Counted from the first letter of the whole stretch, positions 14,101 through 24,564 are shown. The stretch: 46,353 bases of DNA, filler included, from Sphacelaria rigidula (GCA_964200075.2; 2 parts of 2 records of this genome joined end to end with filler, not necessarily neighbours in it); one strand, 5' to 3'. Notes: generated by a model not told the origin, from the sequence alone. Numbers and translations are program-made.

Positions 14101-17100
14101 GCCTTAGACCGGCCATTTCCTTCTGTGCTTGGTTTTTTTCTACTTTTTATTAATTTTTTTCAACGTCATAGTCTACTACGTCATTATGTTCGACTTTTTC
14201 TATTCCTTCTTTTTTCTTCAGCGAGTGTTTCAGTTTAGTCTTGTCTTGGGTATGTCTACCATGTGACCACGGCTGGATCATGACTACCTGGGGAGTCAGT
14301 TAAAGTACGACAATCATTCATTCATTCGATCAATCAACCAATCAGTACACTTTGTATACCTCGCTCCTCTTCCCTGCCATACAAACCATCCGGGCAAAAT
14401 AACGGCATGGATTACGGTTGCTTCCAATTACCTCAGGCGATCCAGCTCGTCCCCTGCAAGCCCCCGACGAGCCAGCTGCACTCGTATCCCCTGCCGTTGC
14501 TTCATCAATTCTGATTTTTCTGCCTCTTTCGCCATGAGGGCTTCGTCCATCTGTTGAAATACGTGCGGCATGCTGTTCACGAACATTTCTTAATTGCGGC
14601 ACAATCAAAATTACAATCGATCAAAATCATGTAGAGCTTTATTGTAGCACAACAACCATATATACTGGCAATGTTCATATACATTCATACTTCCTGTAAA
14701 ATCAAACCCACGCTGCACTCTCAATGGTGCACACACAGTACCGACGCAGCTCCACGCTGAACAACTCAGTCGATCACCTCCGACACAGGGTCTCGAGCAT
14801 CCTGAAACTCCGCGCTATCATCATCACCACCATCCTCATCGTCATCATCCGAACGCCCCTCCCCCGATTCCACGTCCTGTTCTTCTGCTCCATTCTCCAA
14901 ATCAGCAGCGCCAGCACTAATGTCGGAAGCCGGCGACGGCGTCATCAGGTAGCCTTGCTCTCCGCTTCCCGTTTCTTCGCCTCCCAGTTGGGGTGGCACC
15001 GCCAACTCCGCGTGTACTTCCCCTCCATCCACTGCGACCTCTCCCGCCACCACTCCCGTTGCCGCCGTCGTCGCCGCCACCGCTGTTCCAACTTCCGCCG
15101 CCTCCAGGGCCCACCGACATGCCTCCATCGACAACGAAAGATCAGAAGGGTCGATCCCCTGTGACAATCCGGCAGCGGAGGCACCGTTGTACTCAGGGTC
15201 ATAGAACTCAGAGTCCCCGGATGAAGAACCGACATTTGAGCCAGCGCTGCGAAATAAAGGTTCGCGGTCGGAACGCTCGCCAGCCTCACTATCGCCGTAG
15301 CCACTCCTGCCGTACGCACTGCCATAGATACTCCCGTCGTAAGGGCTATCATAAGCACTACCGTAGCTGCTATCGCGAGCCAAACTGCCTCCGCCGCCAC
15401 CACCACCACTAATCCACGGGGCTTTAAAATATCCATCGCTCGCAATGTTGCCATCTGAAAGGCCTACGCCACCAATACCGTTCCAGTTTGGACTGCCTCT
15501 GCTACCCCGCACGTGGCGTCTATCGGGAGTAGAATCAAGTCGTGAGAACGCCCTGCCGTAGTCAGAGCCGCCGTTCACCGACGCGCCATCAGGCTCGCTT
15601 TGGCGGAGTCGCTGGTCGAACCTTTCAACAAAAAGAGCACATGCGTATATACAGCAACAAACGATTTGAGTGGAGAGCGCCGTGTTTGGGCAGCGGGATG
15701 GGGGGCAAGGGGTAAACGGGAGCTGTAGCAGTATCGTCGTTTCACAGCATGGGAGATGACACGGTGCGCCATAGGCTGCTTTATCTCGGGGAGGCGGACG
15801 TGTACCTCGTACCGAGTACGTCGTGCCTTGTGCACGTGACTCTGCAACAATGGTCACTCATCTTAGCACCACGTTCCCGCCTGTCCGCAGTAGTCCCACT
15901 GTCGTTGTGTACAACGGCAGCCCCCATCACAACACATATCATATCTCGACAAAACGGATCATACCCTTATTTCCACTCAACACCGTTTGCTAGGACCCGC
16001 CCCCGGTCCCACGCCCGCAATCCCTTAATTCAGTGCGTCTCGCCATACCTCTGGCTAAGTGTATGTTGAAACTCCAAGAAGGACGCCAGACTAGACTTCC
16101 CGCTGCCGCCGATGCTACCGTCATCGTTTCTACCGCCGGCTTCGCCTTCCGGACGACTACCAGTATCCTGGAGTGTGTCACTGGTACCAAGATCGGCGCC
16201 GATAGTAGTCGACTTTCCCTCCGCCGCTTGCAACGCTCCCAGCGCTGCCGATTGGGCGGCGAGTGCTGCCGACATCTGCACCATGCGTTGCAGCTTGCTC
16301 TGGGTACACAGTAACAGAAGAAGCGAAATACGTCCAGACACAAATACGCTGAGAGACGGGAATGGTCACGTGGAGACACGGCAGACGACGTCTTTTCCGC
16401 CAGTGCACGCCTTCTACTGGCTGTAAGTGTCAACAGTCTTGATGCGCGTTCCATATTTCCACCGTCCACCGATTGCGTTGCTGGGCCACGGACATGCGTG
16501 CAAATTAGTATGATCATATATAATGGAATTTCTACGGTTTTTACTTGGAGGTCGGACATTTTTTGTATGAAATAACACAAGCACGTGTAAAAACGGTCTC
16601 ACTGAAATAGTCGCAGGTCCGGGTACACAGAGGTAGAAGCTAGGAAACACGCCACAAAGGGTAGAAACGCTGCCAACAGGACGCGCAGCCAGGACTCCTG
16701 AAGTCGAGCAATAAGCGTTTCGAGAGTTGAACACACATGAATGCCAATGGTGTAAATAGCACTCACCTGCGACAACCGCACGTGAAGCTCCGGCAAATCG
16801 CCGTAGACCTTGACCTGAGAGATGCTGGGATCGTCCGGAATCACGCTCAAATGCAGCTCAACCTTCTCGTATAAACGAGAGCAAAAACAACAGCAACACG
16901 CAACGCGGGAGAAACGAGAGGGATCTGGTGGCGACGCGAAGCGAACAGAGGTGATCGCAAGAAACACAGTAACACTGATGTAAAAAGTAGCAATACCCCC
17001 GGCTATGACATAACGAGTGCGCAGTGCGGGATCGGTGATTCTCTAGCATACCACCATACATGTATGATCTATTGACTTTGTTCGTCAGCATGCAGCGACA

Positions 17101-20100
17101 CCGGGATGACAAATGACTTGCCGGAGGGCGTTGCGCAAAAGCGATGTATCGAAACACGACACCAAGGTGAGGACCTCCCAAGAAAGTCTTCACCTTAATA
17201 TCGAAAGGGTCGACGAGCCATCCCTCGACACCTGCGCGTCTTTCCCTCGTACCGAGATCGGTCCTGCTGTCACGGCCGCTATTGCCTCCGTCACTGCCGC
17301 CGCAAACACGGCTATTGTCGTCATCGCCGCTATCCCTCTTCAACAGCACTCCCACACGACCGATATCGATGTTGTACACATCGTAAAAATTAGCGTGCCG
17401 TCGCCTCCCCGTCGTCTCATCCCCGGGGCCAAGGCTGCTTGACGCCTGACGTTTCATCCATCGAGTCGCAGCCACCGCACCACGCGTCCTGTTTACTTGG
17501 TCATGGAAATTGCGACCGCTACTGCTGCCGTCTCCGCTACCGCCACTGCTGGCACGCTCCGACCTGTCGCTGTCGGTGCTGATACTCAAGAGAGCACCGC
17601 TCCTCTCTTCGCCTTCCTGATTTTGCTGCTCTTTGCTGCTGCGGAGGTGGGCAAGACGCGAGGTTGCCACGCCGAAACTGCCGAGATGTACGACAAGGAG
17701 CTCTTTCTCTGTCGAAACCGGGGGAGAACAATGGCTCGGCGATGAAACTGACGGAATCGACGCTTGATTTTGATCCTGCCACTGTCGCTTCCCACGCTCA
17801 CCGGTAACACCCGCGGAGACCATGCCGCCGCGCACCGCACGACTCGCTGAAACCTCCCCACCAATTGGCGTTGTTGTCGTCGTCGTCGTCGTCATCGTCG
17901 GGAGTTCGACCGGTACAACTAAAATAGGGGCCTTGACATCGACATCCAAAAAGAAACGGAACCGGTCAGACATGACCATCTCCAGCTTCGACTCCAACTG
18001 GGCTCTCAAGTTCTTCAGCCGCGTTGTTGCCGCCAACTGTTCGCCAATAAACCCCCGGTCGCCCGAGCCAAATCAAAATGTTTCAAAGTCGAAATGTATG
18101 CGGGTATAGTTGGGGAAGATGGGTGGAAGGAGGCGGGAGAGAGAGAGAGAGAGAGAGAGAGAGACGAAGGGCACGAACGGGTGGTGGACGCAGGGAAGTA
18201 GTCGTCAGCAAACAGAGGAGACACAACAGTCGAGAGTATATGATATCCACATTATATATTGAGTTGCACGAGGGCTTCCTTTGCTCTTGCAGACGCGCAG
18301 GCGTCCGGGTCACATCCGCCATCGCCGTACCTGCATGGAGCAGACGCGTAAAGACGTTGACCACATGTTTTCGGGACATAAAAGAGCATCGTTTTTACAG
18401 AAAGAGATAGTGTTGTCGTTCTCACCTCAAGGGTAGCCCGGTGCTCAAGACCTTCAGGAGCTTGGGCGAACGCCACAATACTCTTCAGCCAACCCGCCGC
18501 GGGGGACAGCACGGCCTCGACCTGGGGGGGCAACCGGCACGGGCAGTGTGCGTTTCATTGATTGCGCTATAATTAAGGTGCGGAAAGCAACGCAAGGATT
18601 GCAAACGCAAAAGAAACGACGCCCAAGGGTACACACACATAGCACAGCAGTGCAAGGACACGAAAAAGGAGCACCTGCACCACGTAATTTTTTTCGCACC
18701 AGTGCGTCACTACACCACATATGCGTACACAAGCACATATTGAGGAGCCACATCCCTTCGTAATTCCTTGGTGCTTTCAGCGTAGAAGCCAAGTATCCCT
18801 CGAAATATACTTATATGGTGATGTAAATTATTCCATTACCTTTTCAAAAGTTTCTTTCTAAATGCATCTACTGATCATCACCGTCCAGCTATATGCCTGC
18901 GCTGAATTTTTTGTTGAAAAATTCGATACTTTCTCCTTTCAAGCTTGAAGAAAAAAACGCGAGTCAGACAAATACCCGCATGTGCCCTGCCTGCAGCGCT
19001 GTAGGGAAGTAACTATCAACTAGATAATTTGCTTTAATATCTCAGCATTTGCATTTCATCCGCGTTGAGCCACGATTATATCGCTTTGGCAAACGTGTCG
19101 AGCGCATGAAAAGCTCTGCTTTGGGATCCCCGTGACGGGAGCCGATGCAGGATTCGACGGGTGAAGGGTCACCCCCACGAAGGATTCAACAAAAAAAAAC
19201 GGGGAGCGCCCCTCGAATTAGAAGCGATTCCCGCCACTTTCTATATGCATCTCACACCAACAGATACTCCCGTAACCCGATTCGGGTCTCCCCACTCCCT
19301 CCGGCAGCACTTTCCGACCTGGTCAACGGCAAGATATACTTTGGCGTCATACTCGGGGTCCCGAGGGTTCATCTCCAAGTGCATCTCGAACAAACGCGAG
19401 TTTGCATCACCATAGCCGCCGTCATCACCGCCACCATCACCACCAGCCGACAAGTCGCCGTTCGCCCCAACCGCCACCGGTGCCCAGCCGCCGCGACCAG
19501 CATCGCGGCCGTCTGCATCTCCTGTAACGACGCGCCGGTGGGTGACGATGCGCGAGCGCCGCGCGTTCGCCTGATAGCAACCTGGTTCCGTTCCACTTGC
19601 CCCGACGGCCGGCGCGTCATCCCTGTCGTCGATATCGCTGAAGGCAGCGCGTCCGTAGTTGAGGGAGAGGGAGGGATGCTTGCCGCGATGTTGACCTTGG
19701 ACCCGGCCTGTGCCTTCACCGCGGCGGGAAACTCTGGATCTATCATCTTCAGGCCGGTGAATCTGTTGTTGGTCGTTGTGCGTGGTGTGTGTGTTGTTTG
19801 CGGGGAATCGTTATAGAAAAAGACGATCGGTTGATATTGATGTCAAAAAGGGGCAGAAATCGGAACCGCCTTGTTGGTTGCATTCCTCGTGTATGGTGAC
19901 GTGTACCGTATCGCGCAAAAGCGTGTACCGTATGTACACAATTCGCCTCCAAACGAAAAAAAAAGCTCGTTGCCTCCTAAAGTGTAGTAGTAGAGGGTGG
20001 CACGTGGTAACTCTGCGGATTTTGTCGAAACCATGATGGGCGTCAGAAAACAGCTACCACACATCGCATACCGTGCGATATATATTCCAAACTTTTTGGC

Positions 20101-22729
20101 CTAAAACACAGTTTCACACCATACACCGTCGCATGCGCATATGGACGGCCAGAACAAAAAAGACGCAACACGGCAAGTCGAAAACACGGAATCCCCAAAC
20201 GAACCTCGTACACAGCGACATCTTCCAGGGCTACCGAAGCCAGAACGCCGTCCATCTCCTCCCCATGCACCTCCGCCGACAAACAGAATCCTCGGAAGCA
20301 CGCCTCCATGAACGGAAGCCCTTCCGACCTTCGCGTGTTCATTTGGACGCTCGAAAAACTGGGAGGCCCAGACAAACCAACCGCTGGCGAGTTGGAACTC
20401 GCACCAGCAAGCACAAACGACCCCTAGTATCCACCGGAGCAAGAGAAACCAGACGAAGAACATAAGGGGTTGGTGAGTGAACATACGATTGAATCGCCAC
20501 GACGATGCGGGGAATTGATTTTTTACAGGCTGGGGGGGAGGCGGGGTGGATACGTACCTCCTCTATCACTTGAAAAAATGGCCTCATCACAAAGTAACAC
20601 TTAACCCTTAGACCGCGACATTAGTCTTTCTGGATCATGCACACTTTTTTCCACTCGAAATGGATGCCGATTCAACAGAGGACTAAGCTCGCGGTCTAGG
20701 GGTTAATGTGGCTTGGTCCGCTTTCTCACGAGACAGCGACTTGGATCCTTTTGTTTTATTCGCATATGTTTTTACTGCCTAACCCTTGCCCTGTGACGGC
20801 CAAGCGGGGGAGCAAGGGAAGGTCTAGCTTGTGCTACTCGTACTTCCGAGCAGGCGTGCAAGAGAAAACCCATGTCGAGAACCGACTCGCCCGCCACGAC
20901 ACGGCTTTCGATACACTAGGTTTGCCGGTAAATGTGAAGTTGAAAGACAAAAGCCGACTCGTCGTTACCTAGCCTCGGCTATCACCCACGTTGATGCAAG
21001 CGATTTCTCGACAGAGCAGAGAGGAGGACGAACGAAAATAAACAAATACATAAATAAAATGCTGGGTGGGTGCGTACAGCATAACGGGCCCCCCCGCCCT
21101 TTCAAACGTTTGGAGTATGGGCTCAACTTTATCGCAGTGGATGACACAGAAGATACATGTGTATGTGTACAACTACTGATTTTTTACCTTCAACAAACGG
21201 ACATCCAAAACCCCAGCCAACCATCCCCCCCAACCCGCGGGTCCTTCCTCTCCCTCTCCCCCTTCCGGTGCATACGAGGTAGGAGGTGCTTGCTTGCCCG
21301 GATCGAAGTCGATAGCAGCGAAGAGACGCCGAAATCTGTCCTCGGTGGCGGCCGACGCCTCCTTGTCTGGTCCCGGAGGTGCGGACGTTCCGGATCCCAT
21401 GGCCCAGCTTACCTGCAAACCAGCATCAGAGTACATGAGCAAATGCCTCATAAGACAACGCCGAGAAAAGTATACCGGGCTTCCGACACGCACAGTCGAG
21501 CACAACTATTGCTTAGTTTTTTTGCAGCATTGCGGAACAAGTTTTGTCTAGGCAGAACCAATTTCAAGACTAATCGTCCGTTCTCTCCCTCCTTCCCCCT
21601 CTCCTTCAAGGTGCTCCATCCCGAAAGGGATGCGTGGTCGATGGTCAAACGACTAAGGCAAGCAAGGAATGAGTGCGCCCCCTCTCCTTGAAGGGGTTGG
21701 CGTCGGTTGGCGATGACGCCGTGAAACACGCCACTCACTGCGTAACCTAAGCAATCAAGCTACCATTTGTTTGTTTTTTCGCGCATTTCATTTGTTTGTG
21801 GCAACCATGATGATGGACGAGCTAGATCATAGCGTGAGGAGTGTACAACCCGGATTCCGCGCAAAGGGGATGGTCGTACTACCTGGTGCTTATATTCTGC
21901 GACACTCATGAGGCAGTGTAACCCGTGGCTGTCTCTGGAAGTGGCGATACCAGAAAATGAAGCAACTCATTCGAGGCTGCCATCCATATGCAAGACAATT
22001 AGTACGCTTCGGGTCGAACAATCTTTGCAGGACGCAAATTGCCTCTCATGCGACTCGGCGAACACACGGCGCTTCGCGCTTGGTGATTGCGAGCCTGGAT
22101 TGGCGAAAACCCGGCGTACTCCGTCCCGGCTTTGTAGAGATGCCAGGTCAGTGGTCTCATGACAACGACATGCAGGATCATGACTAAACCCCCTCTATCC
22201 TGTGCTCCTCTCGTGGCAATTCTACGCTGAAAACTGTACAACCAACTCCAACCCGTGACCACATATTTATATATATATATATATATATGCCGCCCTTTGA
22301 ACCCCTCCCCTTCCTCGGGATGAGCCGTGGTCTCAAGGAATCAACCCATCTCTCCCCCGGTACACGCCTTGCATTTTGGTCTTGCGGATTGGATCATGAC
22401 TATCAGCGCTCCCGCACCGCGTCATCTCACGTCAAACAAACACAGTCGACTACTTTGTTTACTCACGTTCTCACGCTTTCCACGGTGGAAATCAGACGTT
22501 GCGAAGAAAAAACCCAACGCATCGGGAATCGAACCCTCGTTCTTTCCACCCTGATGACGACAGGTATGTGGGTATATATCGTAGGGGAAGCTTCATATCT
22601 TACCCATCCGCCGATATTCCATCGATTTCCCTCTTCCGGATGGCTGAAAGCAGACCCCCGCCGGGCTTGTTGCTCTGCCATTGTTCGGAACACGATGATA
22701 TCTTCGACGGACAGTTGGTCTTCCAGCTC
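1789..22729 (-). CDS. VPS13: VPS13-family bridge-like lipid transfer protein, partial spliced gene model (20 exons, ~3,607 codons; 5' and 3' exons not found in the window)
   Basis: VPS13-like motifs in the expected order: ELEDQLSVEDIIVFRTMAE, LFAAIDFD, LFEMHLEMNP, AATTRLKNLR..FFLDVDVKAPILVVP..LVVHLG..FYDVY..LVDPFDI, SVIPDDPSISQVKVYGDLPELHVRLS, FFAT-like EFQDARD, YNVRVMAWEPLIEPW, VKVLCVRSLMEITNST. All exons have GT-AG borders with matching phases. Confidence 0.93.
2273..2477 (-). CDS. VPS13: VPS13 exon (adaptor-binding/VAB-like repeat)
   Basis: tttcag|VLCVRSLMEITNST...WQTVVHP G|gtgagc; phase 0-1. Confidence 0.88.
2778..4055 (-). CDS. VPS13: VPS13 exon with WEPLIEPW motif
   Basis: acgcag|VAKVSG...YNVRVMAWEPLIEPW...DANVTESLL...SHHGVK|gtaaaa. 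Confidence 0.93.
4235..7408 (-). CDS. VPS13: VPS13 exon (3,174 nt)
   Basis: gggcag|LGLELCESTVELP...MTVVNNLYRRQHVPALNFI|gtaagt; lies within the 1407-aa ORF. Confidence 0.88.
7622..8440 (-). CDS. VPS13: VPS13 exon
   Basis: cgtcag|AEDMRIKAVMSLGNFSVLNML...KIDKLEAIVSLPFIENL...PVVLLK|gtgtgt. Confidence 0.85.
10062..10589 (-). CDS. VPS13: VPS13 exon
   Basis: ctacag|ESHRVKLLVGALEVYLEQATIMAIL...TANCKVN|gtgagc. Confidence 0.88.
10972..11481 (-). CDS. VPS13: VPS13 exon
   Basis: gtctag|DRLQQAA...DFLQLSY...YGGRVQ|gtacgt. Confidence 0.85.
11553..11620 (-). repeat. ~70-nt dispersed GNRA-hairpin element, copy 1
   Basis: Reverse complement of GGTGCTCCGTCTCGAAAGGGATGCGTGGTCAATGGTCAAACGACTAAGGC...; G-runs on both flanks. 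Confidence 0.88.
11919..12134 (-). CDS. VPS13: VPS13 exon
   Basis: ctccag|VDLLQDR...VASLRLVGL...MQDFDLE|gtatag. Confidence 0.87.
12477..12804 (-). CDS. VPS13: VPS13 exon
   Basis: ttgaag|C SNPPRSVLL...IMLGLTVALIQ|gtgggt; phase 2-0. Confidence 0.8.
13134..13282 (-). CDS. VPS13: VPS13 exon (coiled-coil-like)
   Basis: LCRSDAAEIANRLEACEDELKDL...VDT GG|gtaagt; the phase 2 donor matches the next exon; exact acceptor uncertain. Confidence 0.75.
13440..13750 (-). mobile_element. tRNA-derived SINE, copy 1
   Basis: Minus-strand head with A-box TGGCTCAGTTGG and B-box GTTCGAATC; body shared with the 32024 and 44546 copies; (CA)n tail. Confidence 0.82.
13760..14344 (+). mobile_element. probable retroelement 3' end hosting the Harbinger MITE
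   Basis: T/C-rich tract on both sides of the MITE, ending in a (TCAT/TCAA)n tail at 14311-14344. Confidence 0.45.
13854..14103. mobile_element. PIF/Harbinger (Tourist)-type MITE
   Basis: ~100-bp TIRs starting GGCTACTTCTTATGTAT; TTA target duplication at 13851-13853 and 14104-14106. Confidence 0.9.
14432..14572 (-). CDS. VPS13: possible VPS13 exon (low complexity)
   Basis: gaacag|HAARISTDG...RAGSPE|gtaatt; GC-rich, phase 0-0, acceptor uncertain, could be skipped without a frameshift. Confidence 0.55.
14778..15621 (-). CDS. VPS13: VPS13 exon with acidic tract and FFAT-like motifs
   Basis: tgaaag|G FDQRL...DDDDEDGGDDDSAEFQDARDPVSE|gtgatc; phase 2-0; donor weak. Confidence 0.82.
16049..16299 (-). 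CDS. VPS13: VPS13 exon
   Basis: acccag|SKLQRMVQM...HTLSQ AG|gtatgg; phase 0-2. Confidence 0.87.
16767..16862 (-). CDS. VPS13: VPS13 exon
   Basis: gagaag|VELHLSVIPDDPSISQVKVYGDLPELHVRLSQ|gtgagt. Confidence 0.9.
17194..18036 (-). CDS. VPS13: VPS13 exon
   Basis: gaacag|LAATTRLKNLR...LDVDVKAPILVVP...FYDVYNI...LVDPFDIK|gtgaaa. Confidence 0.93.
18137..18164. repeat. (GA)n microsatellite
   Basis: Direct reading. Confidence 0.9.
18426..18521 (-). CDS. VPS13: VPS13 exon
   Basis: ccccag|VEAVLSPAAGWLKSIVAF...RATLE|gtgaga. Confidence 0.88.
19319..19762 (-). CDS. VPS13: VPS13 exon
   Basis: caacag|IHRPEDD...LFEMHLEMNPRDPEYDAKVYLAVDQ|gtcgga; the frame of ORF 19241..19477 stays open up to the acceptor. 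Confidence 0.85.
20205..20423 (-). CDS. VPS13: VPS13 exon
   Basis: tactag|GSFVLAG...ASVALEDVAVYE|gttcgt; phase 0-0. Confidence 0.85.
20605..20702. mobile_element. piggyBac-type mini-MITE (98 bp)
   Basis: TTAA|CCCTTAGACCGCGA...TCGCGGTCTAGGGG|TTAA. Confidence 0.85.
21188..21412 (-). CDS. VPS13: VPS13 exon
   Basis: ttgcag|VSWAMGSG...RLFAAIDFDP...VLDVRLLK|gtaaaa; phase 0-0. Confidence 0.88.
21610..21682 (+). repeat. ~70-nt dispersed element, copy 2
   Basis: Same consensus; flanked by a 15/16 direct repeat ccccctctcctt(c/g)aag. Confidence 0.9.
21901..22020 (+). repeat. dispersed repeat, also at 23008-23129
   Basis: gacac(t/c)catgaggcagtgtaa..ccgtggctgtctctggaagtggcgatacca..gcttcggg(t/c)cgaaca in both. 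Confidence 0.85.
22604..22729 (-). CDS. VPS13: VPS13 exon (most 5' exon visible)
   Basis: caacag|ELEDQLSVEDIIVFRTMAEQQ...WNIGGW|gtaaga; phase 0-0. Confidence 0.9.
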
Positions 22730-23007
22730 CTGTTGTATGACGCAAAGCATGTGACATGGTGGACACGATCATCGTGGTGTGTTGTACTCGCATTCCCATC
22801 CGCATTTATGTTTGTGGAATGTGTACATTCATATATATATATAGATAAAGATATAGATGTGTGTGCATCGAGAGGAGGAGATGGGCAATGTCCACACTTC
22901 AACATGACGATTAACTTCCAGAGCTTGCTTCCTTCTCTTCGGAGTAAAGTCACTGCAACTACAATGCGACACATGCATGCCCCCCCCCCTCCCTCCGGGG
23001 GCGGTTA

Positions 23008-23129
23008 GACACCCATGAGGCAGTGTAAAAGCCGTGGCTGTCTCTGGAAGTGGCGATACCACAGAATAAAGCAACTCATTGCTGGCTGTCATCCAAATGA
23101 TAGAAAATCAGTAGGCTTCGGGCCGAACA
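23008..23129 (+). repeat. second copy of the 21901 repeat, cut by the contig end
   Basis: Direct similarity to 21901-22020. Confidence 0.85.
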
Positions 23130-23229
23130 NNNNNNNNNNNNNNNNNNNNNNNNNNNNNNNNNNNNNNNNNNNNTTAATTAATTAANNNNNNNNNNNNNNN
23201 NNNNNNNNNNNNNNNNNNNNNNNNNNNNN
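23130..23229. other. artificial contig spacer
   Basis: 44 N + TTAATTAATTAA (stops in all six frames) + 44 N = exactly 100 nt. Confidence 0.92.
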
Positions 23230-23640
23230 TGACTAGTTTCCCTCCCCCCCCCCCCTTCCCCCCTCCCCCTCCCCCTCCCCCCCCTTCTTTCCCTTTTTTT
23301 TCGTGAAACTTCGAGCTTTGTCTTCCTTCCTTGGAGTTTCCGCAGGAAAAAAAGTGTGTGTGCGTATTTATTAATTTTACCCTTCTGCTCTTTTTCAAGT
23401 CTTTGTCTACACACCTCTTGGTTAATTTTAGCGCAACGAACCGCCTAGACACCACCATCATGATGCTGAATACCCCCCCCCCCCCCCCCCCCCCCCCACA
23501 ACAAAACACAAACCAAGCCACACAAGGCAACCGCCGCGAACACACACGCCANNNNNNNNNNTTAATCCAACGCACCCCCTACCCCCCCCCCTCTTGATCC
23601 GGAATCCCCCCCCCCCCCCCCCCCCCCCCCCAAAAAAAAA

Positions 23641-23715
23641 GTGCTCCGTCTCGAAAGGGATGCGTGGTCAATGGTCAAATGACTAAGGCAAGCAACAAAT
23701 GAGTACGCCCCCCCC
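23641..23715 (+). repeat. ~70-nt dispersed element, copy 3
   Basis: Same consensus; a C-run then an A-run on both flanks. Confidence 0.88.
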
Positions 23716-24120
23716 GCTCAAAAAAAGGAGCTGTGACGAAAATTGAAGATCGCAATAGCCAACATTACATCATGCATCGCTTGACATGATCGACTGCAGA
23801 CGCATCAACCGGTACACAACTTGTATGTCAGTGCGTGCTGTTGACGGTGTCGGGATCACGTTACGTAGCGCGAGAGTGTTTTCGAGGTGGTGGGGAACAC
23901 CAGCAGCCTTACGTATTCAAACAATAGGAATGACTGGGAAAACATACTTTGTGGCTTGGGCGAAGGACAAGGGGCCCTCTCAATTTTTGCATGAAAGATG
24001 AATTGTTGGAGCGAAGACACGAAACACACAAACAAACAAACAAACAGAACAAAAAATGTCGGAAACTGCTAGATATGCCAAAGCAACGAGCGACAAATTA
24101 TGCTAGCGAGGAAAAGCTTT

Positions 24121-24564
24121 CAAGGGCAGATCGAGTAGAGTATACCACGGTTAGGACGAATCATCACGGGTTCGAATCACCAAATCCACGATTTCTTCGG
24201 CCTGATTACCCAAAAGGGAGAAAAACGTTGACCGCTGGTCCAAGGGGTATCCACGCAACGTTTGCGCCATTCCACGTGTCTGGGCTGCGTGTACAGTACC
24301 TGGGTTGCAACGCTGAAAACGAAGCCTAAGGATTGATTGATCCGTCCGGCACGAATCAGTCACACTAACTCGAGTAATTTCCAGACGAATCATTGATTTG
24401 TCCGACCCTTGGAGTATACTCAATTGCGATTGCGGTAATTTGAAAGACGTACTTGAGGTGCTCAAATTAGGGTAGAGTGTTAGGAGTCGTGCTCCAAAAA
24501 TAGCTGGAAAGCGATCCCTAAAACCTTACCCGCAATTGAGTATACTCTACTCAACCTGCCCTTG
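24121..24564. mobile_element. hAT/P-type non-autonomous DNA transposon (444 bp)
   Basis: 25-bp TIRs CAAGGGCAG(AT/GT)YGAGTAGAGTATAC; 8-bp AAAGCTTT on both flanks (palindromic, so it could instead be part of the TIR). Confidence 0.82.

Noticed and set aside
2997..20465. Many plus-strand ORFs opposite VPS13 exons
   Set aside because: Antisense shadows of GC-rich coding sequence with no motifs of their own.
23174..23640. G-quadruplex or poly-Gly/Pro ORFs
   Set aside because: Low-quality contig-edge sequence containing Ns and homopolymers.
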